From IMG/VR virus record IMGVR_UViG_3300006046_000006, positions 1 to 60,886 of that record: a stretch of DNA of 60,886 nt; one strand, 5' to 3'. The notes under the pieces were generated by a model, which was not told the DNA's origin, ran no database searches, and saw only the letters and a program-made list of their open reading frames with translations. Below are positions 36,948 to 46,706 of this stretch, one piece after another. Made by a program: the position numbers and the translations under genes. Numbering within the stretch: position 1 is the stretch's first letter; every line of letters begins with the position of its first letter. Source of the stretch: a virus (Duplodnaviria > Caudoviricetes).

Positions 36948-37279
36948 CTCGATGACCTCTGTCTGCGGATATCCCCGATGACAGCTCTACCCCGTCCAGA
37001 GGTTGGGGCAAAGCCGGCATACAGGTCAACCATCCGCTTCGCTGCTTTGTGAAGTTCCGTCAACTCCCGCATGGCATTGCCCTCGTTCACTGTGACCAGG
37101 TTCGCGTAGTTGGCCATCTTCGCCATCCACCCATGCCATGCCGCGGCCTCTACAGTACTGCCAGTCTCGAGGAAATCGTCGACCTCCTCGTTACTGAACA
37201 TCGTATCTGCATCAGTCTTACCAGCAGGAATGCTTTCACCTAGAAGCAAACGAAGGCGCTCATGTGGGGTTTGATTCAC
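36944..37279 (-). CDS. head-tail adaptor (putative)
   Basis: RLRLLLGE...FSNEEVDDFL helical adaptor pattern. Confidence 0.7.
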   Translation of the reverse strand: MNQTPHERLRLLLGESIPAGKTDADTMFSNEEVDDFLETGSTVEAAAWHGWMAKMANYANLVTVNEGNAMRELTELHKAAKRMVDLYAGFAPTSGRGRAVIGDIRRQRSSR

Positions 37280-37743
37280 GAGGGTCGATCCTCCGCTGTG
37301 AGTTGGTCACTGTCGAACCGACGCATCCGTTCGATGAGCTCCTGCTTCTTCCCACCCACTACGAGCTCATTCTCTCGCAGTGAATCACGGAGTTCTTCGG
37401 TGGTCCAAGTGTCGTAGTCGTCATCCGTGGCTTCTTCACCGTCGACCATGCCTTCGGTTCCGTATCCACGAACTTCGACCACACCACCTTGATCACCGAT
37501 GCGAGGAGGGCCTTCCTCTTCCTCTTTCTTCTTGCGACGGTAAAACTCTTTGAGCTGTTCCGCCGAGAAACCCTTGACGACATCCCAGCCATCACCTTCG
37601 TCCACGTAAGCACGACCCGTAAACGGATCCCGCTTTAGAGGCGTGATGTGTGGAGGGAGGAGGCCTCTGTCCTGAAGATAGAGAATGTCATTCTCATCAA
37701 GATCACCCGAGGCAATCTTTTCTGGGTCGATTTCTTTACTCAT
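37276..37743 (-). CDS. SAP-domain-containing protein
   Basis: C-terminal WTTEELRDSLRENELVVGGKKQELIERM fits the SAP motif; directly after the capsid gene. Confidence 0.7.
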   Translation of the reverse strand: MSKEIDPEKIASGDLDENDILYLQDRGLLPPHITPLKRDPFTGRAYVDEGDGWDVVKGFSAEQLKEFYRRKKKEEEEGPPRIGDQGGVVEVRGYGTEGMVDGEEATDDDYDTWTTEELRDSLRENELVVGGKKQELIERMRRFDSDQLTAEDRPS

Positions 37744-37754
37744 GTCAGGCCTCC

Positions 37755-38930
37755 TTACGCGTACTGCGATGGAATGGTGTATGAAGCACTGGCAACGACC
37801 TGCTGAACCACACCAGCTCCACGTTGCCTGACTCCAGTTCCGAAGCCATGCAGGTAGAACGAGTCGATCAGCGGGTAGTCAGGGGTACGACCCTTGACCA
37901 AGCGCAGACCGCGAAGTGACGCATTGTCGTGCTGCCGGATGCCAACCGGGTTGCGAATGTCGAGTTCGCCACCAGAAGCTAGCATCACCATGTAGCCTGC
38001 CGGAATGTACTCTTCCTCGACCACGACTACCGGACCATAGGTACCGATGGTCTGAAGACCGGGGTAGTTTACAATGTTCGGTCGGCCCACAATGCCGCTG
38101 TTCGCAGGAAGGAATACCCCGCCACCAACGCCTTCACCAGGGATGAAGGTGTAGAGAGAACCGGCAACACCAGCCTGAAGGGTACGAATGACCGCACCTT
38201 CCTGTTGGTTGACCAGCAGAATCAGACGATAGCCATTGGCCAAGCTGTACCCATGGTGGGTAAGTTGGTTGATCATCGCCTGAATATCACCCGCATCCAC
38301 AGTGGCACCGTTACTACCGAAGTAGTGATTGTGACCTGTGGTGTGGACAATGTTCTTCCAGCTGGGCGGAACCATGGTGTCACCATTGTAGAACGGGTAC
38401 ACATTGAACGAGTTGCCCTCAATGGTTGCCGTGTTGGTGGTGTTGTTGAAGATTCGCTTGAAGATCTTCGTGAAGAGGAGCCGGTTGTCCGCTTCCATTG
38501 CCTGGTTATTGAGCGCAGCGAGTTGCTCCGAAGAGGTCTCTGCGAGAAACATCCAGGTGTAGCGGATAGCCAAGTCCCACCACTTGAAGTCAAAGCCCAT
38601 TTGGAACGCAGGGCCCAAGCGAATGCCGGTCGGCTCACCGTACTCCGAGGCTTCTTGGAAGTCTTCCTGCACTGGGTATCGAACATTCTCGATTGGGTTC
38701 GATACGTCAAACGTAAGAAGATTTACCAAGGTGGAACGTTGACGGTTCCACATAGCAATGGTACGAGAGAACTCGGCCCACATATCAGCCAACGGTACAT
38801 GATCAATTGTCTCGGTGATCAGGTCGGCCATCTCGTTGTAACCACGAGCTCCACCGCCTGCCTGACCGAGCTTCTTGATGATGTCATCGGTGCTGTAGTG
38901 ATTGGGGATGAGTAGCTTGTCACTAAACAT
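37755..38930 (-). CDS. major capsid protein
   Basis: About 390 aa; follows scaffold and decoration genes; FQEASEYGEP and C-terminal GFGTGVRQRGAG; start uncertain. Confidence 0.85.
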   Translation of the reverse strand: MFSDKLLIPNHYSTDDIIKKLGQAGGGARGYNEMADLITETIDHVPLADMWAEFSRTIAMWNRQRSTLVNLLTFDVSNPIENVRYPVQEDFQEASEYGEPTGIRLGPAFQMGFDFKWWDLAIRYTWMFLAETSSEQLAALNNQAMEADNRLLFTKIFKRIFNNTTNTATIEGNSFNVYPFYNGDTMVPPSWKNIVHTTGHNHYFGSNGATVDAGDIQAMINQLTHHGYSLANGYRLILLVNQQEGAVIRTLQAGVAGSLYTFIPGEGVGGGVFLPANSGIVGRPNIVNYPGLQTIGTYGPVVVVEEEYIPAGYMVMLASGGELDIRNPVGIRQHDNASLRGLRLVKGRTPDYPLIDSFYLHGFGTGVRQRGAGVVQQVVASASYTIPSQYA

Positions 38931-39276
38931 TGACCACCAACCGATCTGCCTCAACTGTATGGCCGACGTAGATCTGCGTGGCTGATGCCGCGGCAGATGA
39001 AATAACACCAGTGGTGGTGTTTGCGGTGTAGGCAGTACCGGCTACGAGAGCCGCTTCTACGAGTTCACCGTGTTTCATCACGTCCACAATATCTCCAGCA
39101 TTCTTGTTCGACGGGATACAGATGACGCCTGCAATTCCGGACTGTCCGGCACCGACCACCACTCTACCACTGCTATTGAGACCAACTGCAATGGGTGCAG
39201 CTGCTCCTGTGTAGCTAGCGGCGAGAGGCGCCCGGAAACCGCTACCGACCGGATTGTACTTGTCAATCCTAGCCAT
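38923..39276 (-). CDS. capsid decoration/cement protein
   Basis: Small Ala/Gly/Val-rich beta protein between scaffold and MCP. Confidence 0.7.
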   Translation of the reverse strand: MARIDKYNPVGSGFRAPLAASYTGAAAPIAVGLNSSGRVVVGAGQSGIAGVICIPSNKNAGDIVDVMKHGELVEAALVAGTAYTANTTTGVISSAAASATQIYVGHTVEADRLVVNV

Positions 39277-39293
39277 TAGGCTTCCCTTCTTGG

Positions 39294-39986
39294 TTAACGT
39301 CCCATCCGAAGCGCTGGGTATTTATCCTTCAGAGCTTCGTCAGGATCTGGTTCTTGCTTACCATGCTTTCCGCCACCGAACTTCGAACCGCTGGGAAGAG
39401 GCTTTGTCTCACCGATGAGGTGTGGCTTCTTGCTCACCAAAGACTTCAGCGCATCATCCACCGACTTCTCGTCGATGGTGATCTCGTCAGGCTCATCCTC
39501 ATCCTGCTCCACGTCGATCAACTCTCGGTCGATCAGACGTAGCGCATCATCCAAGTCAACGAACTTCATGTTCATTGCCTTCTTCTGAATGAGGTTGTCC
39601 AATGCTGATTGCTTCAGCTTCGCAGCAAGCTTCTCTGCCTTGGTCTTGTTTTCCGTGGCTTCATTCTTTGCTCTGTCCAGGTCCGAAGCATCTTTGTCTT
39701 CGAGAGACTTCTTACCTCTGGCCAGTTTCTTATTTTCCTTCTCGAGTTTCCTCCGAGCATCTCGCTCCTTCTTGAGGGCACCTTTGAGGGCAGCAGTATC
39801 TTCTTTGTCCCCATCATCACCTGAGTCATCGTCAGTGTCGTCATCGTCAGTATCGTCAGTATCGTCGTCGTCAGTTGAATCGTCCGTCTCATCCTTCGGG
39901 TCACCCTTAGGAGGATCCTTCTTATCCTTGTCGTCTTCGAAACCTCGTATGACTATGTCTTCTAGGAACAAGTTTTTCTTACCCAT
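39294..39986 (-). CDS. scaffolding protein
   Basis: Acidic N-terminus, coiled coil, KPHL motif; between portal and capsid. Confidence 0.8.
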   Translation of the reverse strand: MGKKNLFLEDIVIRGFEDDKDKKDPPKGDPKDETDDSTDDDDTDDTDDDDTDDDSGDDGDKEDTAALKGALKKERDARRKLEKENKKLARGKKSLEDKDASDLDRAKNEATENKTKAEKLAAKLKQSALDNLIQKKAMNMKFVDLDDALRLIDRELIDVEQDEDEPDEITIDEKSVDDALKSLVSKKPHLIGETKPLPSGSKFGGGKHGKQEPDPDEALKDKYPALRMGR

Positions 39987-40015
39987 CACGGGTATCCTTT
40001 CATGGCCTCTCGCCG

Positions 40016-41590
40016 TTAACGTTTGGTAACTACTTCATTACCATCCGACTCATTGACTCGACTCTTGTTGTTCGAGTTCGACTTTTGGTTTGCTGGAAGA
40101 GTAGCTCCAGGCCCTGTCTTACGTCCACCAGGTCCAGGCAATTGGTCTTGCTGACCGAACTGTTGTTGCTGGGACTGCAGTGTCATGTCGAGGAAAGCCT
40201 GCTCCTCCTCCAGAATCTGTTGCTCCATATCGTCTGGGAATATGTAGCCAAGCTTCTCCATCTCGAGGCGGAAATACGCTCTAGAGATGACCTTGCGATC
40301 TATCATATTGGTAAGTTCTTCAACATGCTTTGCCCTGTTGATGGGCAGTTTGTCACCCAGCTTCGCAATGATCTTCAGATCCCCGAAGTCCACACCCTCG
40401 TAGACTCTGAACCAAACCTTCAGATCGAAGAACATCTGCGTGAGCTTCTCTATCGCAAATGTATCCCTGAGTTCGATCTTTGCCATGAGCGGCTCGAACT
40501 TGACCGCCAGCGTCATAGGGGATTCAGCCGTAGCAACATCCACACGACCGAGGGTGACATCAGGCGTTCCTGAGGCTTCGTAGAGAGAGCGCTCGAGGTA
40601 TTCAATGTGTTTCTCAATCGACGACGTGTTCGTGATTCCGTCGAGCTTCTTGAACAAGGTCTGACCTGGGACAGTCAGAACCTTGCCCGGAGCGATAGTC
40701 CAGGCGATCTCGCGTCCCGCTTTGTCTACGGGAGGAGAAGCGTCAGTGACGTAAGCACCAAGACCAGCAAGAGAAATACCAGTATCGGTATCAGTAATTG
40801 CTTGGTTAACTGCCTGGAAAACTCTCTCAAATCCCTTGAGTTCCGAGGATCCGAAGGGGTCGCCATCCCACATCCCATTCTTGAAGTGGTACACTGGAAT
40901 CTGCAGAATGTCTGGCGCCAAGGTCTCGAGCGGGTGAATCACTGAGATTCGTGTGGCTTTCTCAGGGTCATTCCAACCCTCGAGTTCCCAGAGATCCTCA
41001 ACCCTCCACACAGTTCCGTTGTCGTTATATCCGTACTGGAGGATCTTGACTATGGATTTGTTGGGATCATCAGGGTGTACCTGCAGCTCAACCAACCGTA
41101 CTCCGGTGCGCTTGTTGAGGTCATCGGTATCAAACTCAGGGAAGTAACTTCCGGGGTGCACTGAGTTGATCGAAAGACGACTGCCCTCAGGTTGTTCAGG
41201 ATCTCCTGTGATGTGTAGAAGCCAGTCACCCTTGACCACCCCTGATAGCTTGGCGATTTGGAACCTCGAGAAGAACTCCTCCCGAGCAAAAAAATCCTCC
41301 AAGAACAACTGCTGATCTTTGTGCTTGTCCTTATCCTCGACCTCGATGGTCAGACCTTTGAGGAAGTAGTGGGCGGTGATGTCCACAATCTTACGAGGGT
41401 TCGGGATGAAGATTGGCCCGCCCTCATTCTCCTCATCAACCAGCACAATATCGAAGGTATCCGGGACACTCCAGTACATATCGTCGTACTGATCATACGA
41501 GGCGATACGTGCTTGTTCTAGGTCAGGAACCCACTCCGGAAATCCAGAGATATATGGAGTTACTGTACTGTAAGGAGTAACTATGTCCAT
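40016..41590 (-). CDS. portal protein
   Basis: 524 aa directly after TerL; IPVYHF.N, FGSSEL, SGTPDV.LG, AES..L. Confidence 0.88.
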   Translation of the reverse strand: MDIVTPYSTVTPYISGFPEWVPDLEQARIASYDQYDDMYWSVPDTFDIVLVDEENEGGPIFIPNPRKIVDITAHYFLKGLTIEVEDKDKHKDQQLFLEDFFAREEFFSRFQIAKLSGVVKGDWLLHITGDPEQPEGSRLSINSVHPGSYFPEFDTDDLNKRTGVRLVELQVHPDDPNKSIVKILQYGYNDNGTVWRVEDLWELEGWNDPEKATRISVIHPLETLAPDILQIPVYHFKNGMWDGDPFGSSELKGFERVFQAVNQAITDTDTGISLAGLGAYVTDASPPVDKAGREIAWTIAPGKVLTVPGQTLFKKLDGITNTSSIEKHIEYLERSLYEASGTPDVTLGRVDVATAESPMTLAVKFEPLMAKIELRDTFAIEKLTQMFFDLKVWFRVYEGVDFGDLKIIAKLGDKLPINRAKHVEELTNMIDRKVISRAYFRLEMEKLGYIFPDDMEQQILEEEQAFLDMTLQSQQQQFGQQDQLPGPGGRKTGPGATLPANQKSNSNNKSRVNESDGNEVVTKR

Positions 41591-42993
41591 TACCTCATCC
41601 TGCCTCTGCGTCTTCCGACTACCGCACGTCGAGTAGTGGGCAACTGAATCTTCTCGTCCACTATGCTGAAGTAGCCGTAGATGAACCGACTAAGAGCCTC
41701 TGGACCATGGTTGTCTTTGTCCATGGGCAGCTCAGTTGAATTCTTCTGTTCTGTCTTGTGTCGAGGCCAGCGATATCCCTCCCGCATCTCCCATGCGAGT
41801 TGCTTACAACTGAAGTCGACGACGATGTCAGCCTTCTGATTCTCCGGAGGTTCGTCAGGAGGCATGGGCTTGAGATGCTTGCGAACTAGGGCGGTTCGGG
41901 TTTGAACCTCTCCTCCGGTGTTGAGTCGGGCTGGCTTCTTGATGACCCGTTCGAGAATCCGTACGTCGTCGGGGTTATGAGGGTCTGGGTAAAATGCAAC
42001 CAAGGACGACATCCAAGGGTGGTTAGCAAGAAAACGAGCAATCTCATCCGTATCCTGCTCCAGAAAGTAGTGCTCTCCGATGACGTAGACTCGATTGAAA
42101 TTGTCCACCTGTATCCAGAGCCATACCCAGTAGTTCGTGAAACCGAAGTCGACTGCAGCGTAGACGGGCCAGTCAGGGTTGAAAACGATTTTCCGTAGGT
42201 GAACTGCGTCATCCCACTCCTTCATTACTCGGCCGACTTTGTCGATGAACTCTCCACCGTACTGACGGCGGAATTCCTCGGCAGTTAGATCTTCCTCTGC
42301 CTCAAGTATCTCCGGGTCATTTCTTCCACCTGGGAATACGATGTCGTTAGTCCACGAGGGCATGCGCCAGGACTTCCACGGCTTCTTATCGCTTGTATCA
42401 AGTCCTCTTCTGTATCCCCAATAAAGAAGCGAGATATCAGCAGATATCTCTGGCACCCCAGACATGAGAGACCAACCGCGCTTGTCGGAGAGGGCGGGTC
42501 TGACATACTCAGTGAAGGTTGATCGGTGTAGTCGTCCAGCTTCAGCAAGCAGTACAAAGTCAAGTCCCTCCCCGACCAAACTTTCGGGGGTAGCGGCAGA
42601 TCGACAATCGAGATCCCATCCCCATCCAGTGGCGATGTGCATGTTCCCATTCTCGACATTCTTGAGGAACTTGGGCGAGACAGTATCCACACCCAACTTC
42701 TTCAGGGAATCATAGATAACTCGAAACTCTTTTTCGCAGTCGATGTAGTTGGGACCAATGATCCATCCTCGCTGCGGTTCTCCAAGTCTGTTTCGGAGGA
42801 AGGCAGTAGGTTCACACTCTTTACCACCGAGTAGTGTTTTACCCCACCGTCTACCGTTCGATAGTACACGGTGCCTGTGATGATCATAGTGTACCTCCTT
42901 CTGTGCATCGTGTGGAAAATACCCAGTCGCCTCGAAGTACGCATCCTTACGCAGGATTCCGCCTTCAGTTACTGGAGGTGGTGTAAAAGTCAT
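41590..42993 (-). CDS. terL: terminase large subunit
   Basis: PHDAQ, Walker A GRRWGKT, SLVGEGLD, FRRQYGGEF, RNase H AVDFG, DKDNHGPEAL. Confidence 0.93.
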   Translation of the reverse strand: MTFTPPPVTEGGILRKDAYFEATGYFPHDAQKEVHYDHHRHRVLSNGRRWGKTLLGGKECEPTAFLRNRLGEPQRGWIIGPNYIDCEKEFRVIYDSLKKLGVDTVSPKFLKNVENGNMHIATGWGWDLDCRSAATPESLVGEGLDFVLLAEAGRLHRSTFTEYVRPALSDKRGWSLMSGVPEISADISLLYWGYRRGLDTSDKKPWKSWRMPSWTNDIVFPGGRNDPEILEAEEDLTAEEFRRQYGGEFIDKVGRVMKEWDDAVHLRKIVFNPDWPVYAAVDFGFTNYWVWLWIQVDNFNRVYVIGEHYFLEQDTDEIARFLANHPWMSSLVAFYPDPHNPDDVRILERVIKKPARLNTGGEVQTRTALVRKHLKPMPPDEPPENQKADIVVDFSCKQLAWEMREGYRWPRHKTEQKNSTELPMDKDNHGPEALSRFIYGYFSIVDEKIQLPTTRRAVVGRRRGRMR

Positions 42994-43178
42994 ACTTGGC
43001 CAGTCCAACTTCTGCCGCCATCGGCATCAGCATTTGGTTCGTCCGTACCTGCAGTGTAGATCGACTTCTTCGCATCGCCTGGATTCAACCTATGCCCCTT
43101 GGGCTTTCGGAAGATGGTCGTGGTGTGAGTGTCAACCTCATACTCAGTCTCAGGCATGTTAGCATTTGCGTCAGGCAT
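42990..43178 (-). CDS. hypothetical protein
   Basis: 62-aa coupled ORF with GGAGG RBS. Confidence 0.55.
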   Translation of the reverse strand: MPDANANMPETEYEVDTHTTTIFRKPKGHRLNPGDAKKSIYTAGTDEPNADADGGRSWTGQV

Positions 43179-43452
43179 GTGCCTCCCTTACGTCGAACCA
43201 GAACTCCTCTTGACCTTGCTGAGTTCCCGTGGCGATGAAGCGGTAGAAATGACGGCCACTCATGTAGGGAACGTAGAGACCTTCGTATACTCCCTGAGGA
43301 GTTTCTACCGCTGCCACATCGTCGAGGGAGTCACTCCCAGGACGCTTGACTTTGAACTCCGCAGTAACACTGACTGGAGCGTCGTCGATCAGGGTCTCAG
43401 CATGGAGAATTACCTGATCTCCAATGTCGTATTTGTTTGGGATCGCCATCAT
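43171..43452 (-). CDS. small Ig-like virion accessory protein (putative)
   Basis: YDIGD...VKRPG...GVY...GRH.YRF beta-sandwich pattern. Confidence 0.6.
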   Translation of the reverse strand: MMAIPNKYDIGDQVILHAETLIDDAPVSVTAEFKVKRPGSDSLDDVAAVETPQGVYEGLYVPYMSGRHFYRFIATGTQQGQEEFWFDVREAHA

Positions 43453-46400
43453 CGAGTCCTTGATAGGATATCCAAATCACCCAAATGGTGATCCAACAAA
43501 ATCCGTAGTGCGCTGCGATCATTGACTGTGATGATCAGATCACTCGAATCATCCGGTTCGATAGAGAAGTCCTCAAAGTCCGTGAGGCGAATCAGCAACA
43601 GGCCATGATCTGAGAGACGTATCTCAAGCGCATGAACCTCTTGTCCAAAGAGCTTCCACTTGAGACTTAGGTCATCGAAGAGGTGTGCATGGAGATTCCA
43701 TTGGATGTTCGCAGCATCGCCTGCCCTCGAGCGTAGTGCCCAAAGGTAATTAGTGCTATCTCCAACGAAGGTCCGTGTACCCCACTGCAGATCCCTCGCA
43801 CGACCAATGGCTGCCCTTGTATCCCACAAAGGCCATACCTGATCGCCCACCATCTTCCTGACAACCCACTGCAGATCACGTTGTTTGATAACGAGACCAG
43901 CAGTACGCCACCTCAGATCGTAGCTAGGACCAACTGCCTTTCGGACATTCCACACCAAACTGCTGTTGATTCCGAAGGGACCACCAATACCCCACAGAGT
44001 GATGAGCTGGTCGTTGACCCTAGCCCTGGTGTTCCACCTGATCGAGGAATCGTCAGCCAGTAGAGCACGGACTGCCCACCTGGTATCGAGGTTCTTGTTA
44101 GCATAACCCCATACCTTCCAGCGGAAGTCTGCATAATTGCCCTGCGTGGTACGAGTACCCCACTTGAGATTCAGATCATCAGCAATGGCGGCAATGCTAA
44201 CTACCTGCCAACGCAGATCAATCCGATCCTCCAGAAGAGCTCGTGTGGTCCACACCAGACTGTTGGAGTCGCCAGCGAGGGATCGTATGAACCACCGAAG
44301 ATCCTCTTGGTCATTGACGGTTGTTCGAACGCCCCACCTAAGGTCAACCGAATCCTGAACAACTGCGATAGAAAGAACCTGCCACTGCAAGTCACTGCTG
44401 TCGTTGACGACGGCTTTAACCTGCCATCTCAGTTCAGCAGAGTCACTGACTGTAGCAGCGACCCTCCATCGTAGGTCACAAGTATCGGATGCCTTAGTTC
44501 TAACACCCCATTGTGTGTTATTGGAATCTCCAATGGAAATGCGGGTTGCCCACCGAAGATCATTATTATCACCAAGAGCGGACTTAACTGCCCACCTGAG
44601 GTCGTTATTATCTCCAAGGCGACTCCTAACCGACCACCGGAAATCTTCTTGATCTCCTACGAAGGTTCGGATAGCCCAGCGTAGATCTTCCTGATCTCCG
44701 ACGAATGTTCGAACAGCCCACCTTTGATCACTAGAATCGTTGACCCTAACCCTGACAGACCAACGGATATCGTTGAAGTCAGGCATGATTGCCCTGACAT
44801 TCCAACGGATATCGTTGGTATCACCGACTGGCGCTTTGACCTGCCAACGAAAATCTTCCTGATCTCCCAGCTTAGTGCGAACCGACCAACGGTAATCTTC
44901 TTGATCGCCTAGAGTTGTACGAATGCCCCATCGGACATCCATACTATCGTTGAACGCGGTGCGAACACCCCAGCGGATCTCGTTGAGGTCGAAGGTGATC
45001 TGCTTCGTCTGCCAGCGCAGGTCTTCCTGGTCACCCAGGATTGCCCTGATCGACCAACGATAGTCAACCTGCTTACCGATAACAGTAGTACCGACGAAGT
45101 ACGAGGGCAACTGCATGGTCTCCCACATACGATCGCCCTTGGAATTGATGGGCAGATTCGGTGCTATGGGTAGAGAATGTGTTTGCCAGGTCACCAACGA
45201 CCAGCGACGTACTGCAGAAGTATCGAGCCAAGCCGACCAACGTAGATCGGTCTGGTCACCGAGAATTGATCTAACAGACCATCGGAAGTCTTCCTGGTCA
45301 CCAACCTTAGTTCTTGTGGCCCAACGGAAGTCTTCCTGATCTCCCAGTGTGGTACGTACGGCCCAGCGGTAATCCTCCTGATCACCAATGGTTGTACGAA
45401 TACCCCATCGAACATCGAGATCTTTTGCTACGGGCCCAACGACTGACCAGCGTGTGTCTAGCTGATCGCCTTGAGCCTTCTTGACCTGCCAGCGGAAGTC
45501 TTCTTGGTCACCAACGAATATGCGTGTGGACCAACGATAGTCTTCCTGATCACCGAGGACAGTTCTAACCGACCAACGGAAATCATCCTGATCACCAGCA
45601 AGTGCCCGTACTGACCACCGGTAGTCGAGTTGTTTGCCAACCGCAGTGAGAATGGTTATGGGTGGGGCAGGCAGCATGCCTGTTTCCCACATCCGCTCAG
45701 CCTGAGTATCGAACCCAGTACCTGGCGATATGGGCAGGTTTTGTGTCTGCCAAGTAACTAAACTCCATCGCCTCAGGGCTGCTGTCGGGTCAGCAATATC
45801 AGTAGAACCTAAGGTTGCCGCACCCATGTGCGACAGAGGCGATCCCATGACAAAGCCAAACTCAGGCGGGTTCGCCCAGCTTTGTCCACCCATATAGCTG
45901 CTGCCGATGTGGGTGTTATAATCCCCCATCACGAAACCCTGCTCGGGTGTGGCTGCAGGGATTACATCATCTGAGGCACCTATCGGTGCGGCACCGATGT
46001 GAGATCTTGGCGACCCCATCATGAGGCCGAGTTCTCGCTCAGGGTTCGCTGGCGGAGGTGCTCCACTTGCTGGCTTGAACGAGGCAATCGTAGATTCAGT
46101 GAGAACTGTATTGGTGGTTGACCAGTTTGCCGAGATTGCCGCAGCAGTGGTCTGAGAAACTAGGTGACCATAAGAACCATTGTCAGAGCCGAAGGTCGTG
46201 CTGGTCTCATCGAGGACCATCGTGCAGCCACCCGTGAGGGTGCGTGTGTTGACGCCATCGGCGTGATGGAAGCCGGTGGCAATCAAGCAACCATCGACGG
46301 TCGGCGTGATCGGCCCCGCAGTAACTGATGGTGCGACTTGCCCATTGCGAGCCTGTTGATCCAAAGGATCGGAGGCTGATTGTACCCCAGAGTACCACGT

Positions 46401-46694
46401 GATGGCCAGCGAGGGGTACGTGGCGGTGCCGGTAATGGTGAAGGTGTGACCGGTGCCGACTGTGGCATTGAAGGCGTAATAGAAGCGATGCTGCCGACCA
46501 GATGCGGTAGAGGCCGTCATCGCTGTCCAAGTGTTGCCCTTGGAATCTGTCAGTGTCTCCAAACTTGTGGCGCCCGATGAGTACGACACGAGAATGAAGT
46601 TGGCGCCAGTCGTGTCGAACGCCGACGAGGTAAATCCGTTGGAGTCGCCCCCACCATTGCGAGCTAGGGTACCTCCGACATAGGCAATGGTCAT
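43449..46694 (-). CDS. large virion fibre-like protein with 14-aa tandem repeats
   Basis: 1081 aa; dozens of RWx(V/T)Rxx(V/L)GDxxD(L/F/Y) repeats; Thr/Ser-rich N-terminal domain. Confidence 0.8.
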   Translation of the reverse strand: MTIAYVGGTLARNGGGDSNGFTSSAFDTTGANFILVSYSSGATSLETLTDSKGNTWTAMTASTASGRQHRFYYAFNATVGTGHTFTITGTATYPSLAITWYSGVQSASDPLDQQARNGQVAPSVTAGPITPTVDGCLIATGFHHADGVNTRTLTGGCTMVLDETSTTFGSDNGSYGHLVSQTTAAAISANWSTTNTVLTESTIASFKPASGAPPPANPERELGLMMGSPRSHIGAAPIGASDDVIPAATPEQGFVMGDYNTHIGSSYMGGQSWANPPEFGFVMGSPLSHMGAATLGSTDIADPTAALRRWSLVTWQTQNLPISPGTGFDTQAERMWETGMLPAPPITILTAVGKQLDYRWSVRALAGDQDDFRWSVRTVLGDQEDYRWSTRIFVGDQEDFRWQVKKAQGDQLDTRWSVVGPVAKDLDVRWGIRTTIGDQEDYRWAVRTTLGDQEDFRWATRTKVGDQEDFRWSVRSILGDQTDLRWSAWLDTSAVRRWSLVTWQTHSLPIAPNLPINSKGDRMWETMQLPSYFVGTTVIGKQVDYRWSIRAILGDQEDLRWQTKQITFDLNEIRWGVRTAFNDSMDVRWGIRTTLGDQEDYRWSVRTKLGDQEDFRWQVKAPVGDTNDIRWNVRAIMPDFNDIRWSVRVRVNDSSDQRWAVRTFVGDQEDLRWAIRTFVGDQEDFRWSVRSRLGDNNDLRWAVKSALGDNNDLRWATRISIGDSNNTQWGVRTKASDTCDLRWRVAATVSDSAELRWQVKAVVNDSSDLQWQVLSIAVVQDSVDLRWGVRTTVNDQEDLRWFIRSLAGDSNSLVWTTRALLEDRIDLRWQVVSIAAIADDLNLKWGTRTTQGNYADFRWKVWGYANKNLDTRWAVRALLADDSSIRWNTRARVNDQLITLWGIGGPFGINSSLVWNVRKAVGPSYDLRWRTAGLVIKQRDLQWVVRKMVGDQVWPLWDTRAAIGRARDLQWGTRTFVGDSTNYLWALRSRAGDAANIQWNLHAHLFDDLSLKWKLFGQEVHALEIRLSDHGLLLIRLTDFEDFSIEPDDSSDLIITVNDRSALRILLDHHLGDLDILSRTR
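43640..45640 (-). repeat. coding tandem repeat, about 42-bp period
   Basis: Recurring tcttcctgatc/tcttcctggtc units encoding GDQED; boundaries approximate. Confidence 0.8.
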
Positions 46695-46706
46695 GATTCG
46701 CTCCTA

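Noticed and set aside
14681-40573. Long plus-strand ORFs (for example 14681..15445, 32766..33473, 34293..35081, 38205..38915)
   Set aside because: They are antisense shadows of well-supported minus-strand genes, with no motifs or evident RBS.
42530-42570. TerL Walker B reads LLAEA instead of LLDEA
   Set aside because: I recall similar AEA variants in other actinophage terminases, and all other motifs are intact, so it is not treated as a pseudogene or as novel.
43640-45640. CRISPR array or DGR suggested by the regular DNA repeats
   Set aside because: The repeats are in-frame coding units with synonymous variation. There are no unique spacers, cas operon or reverse transcriptase.
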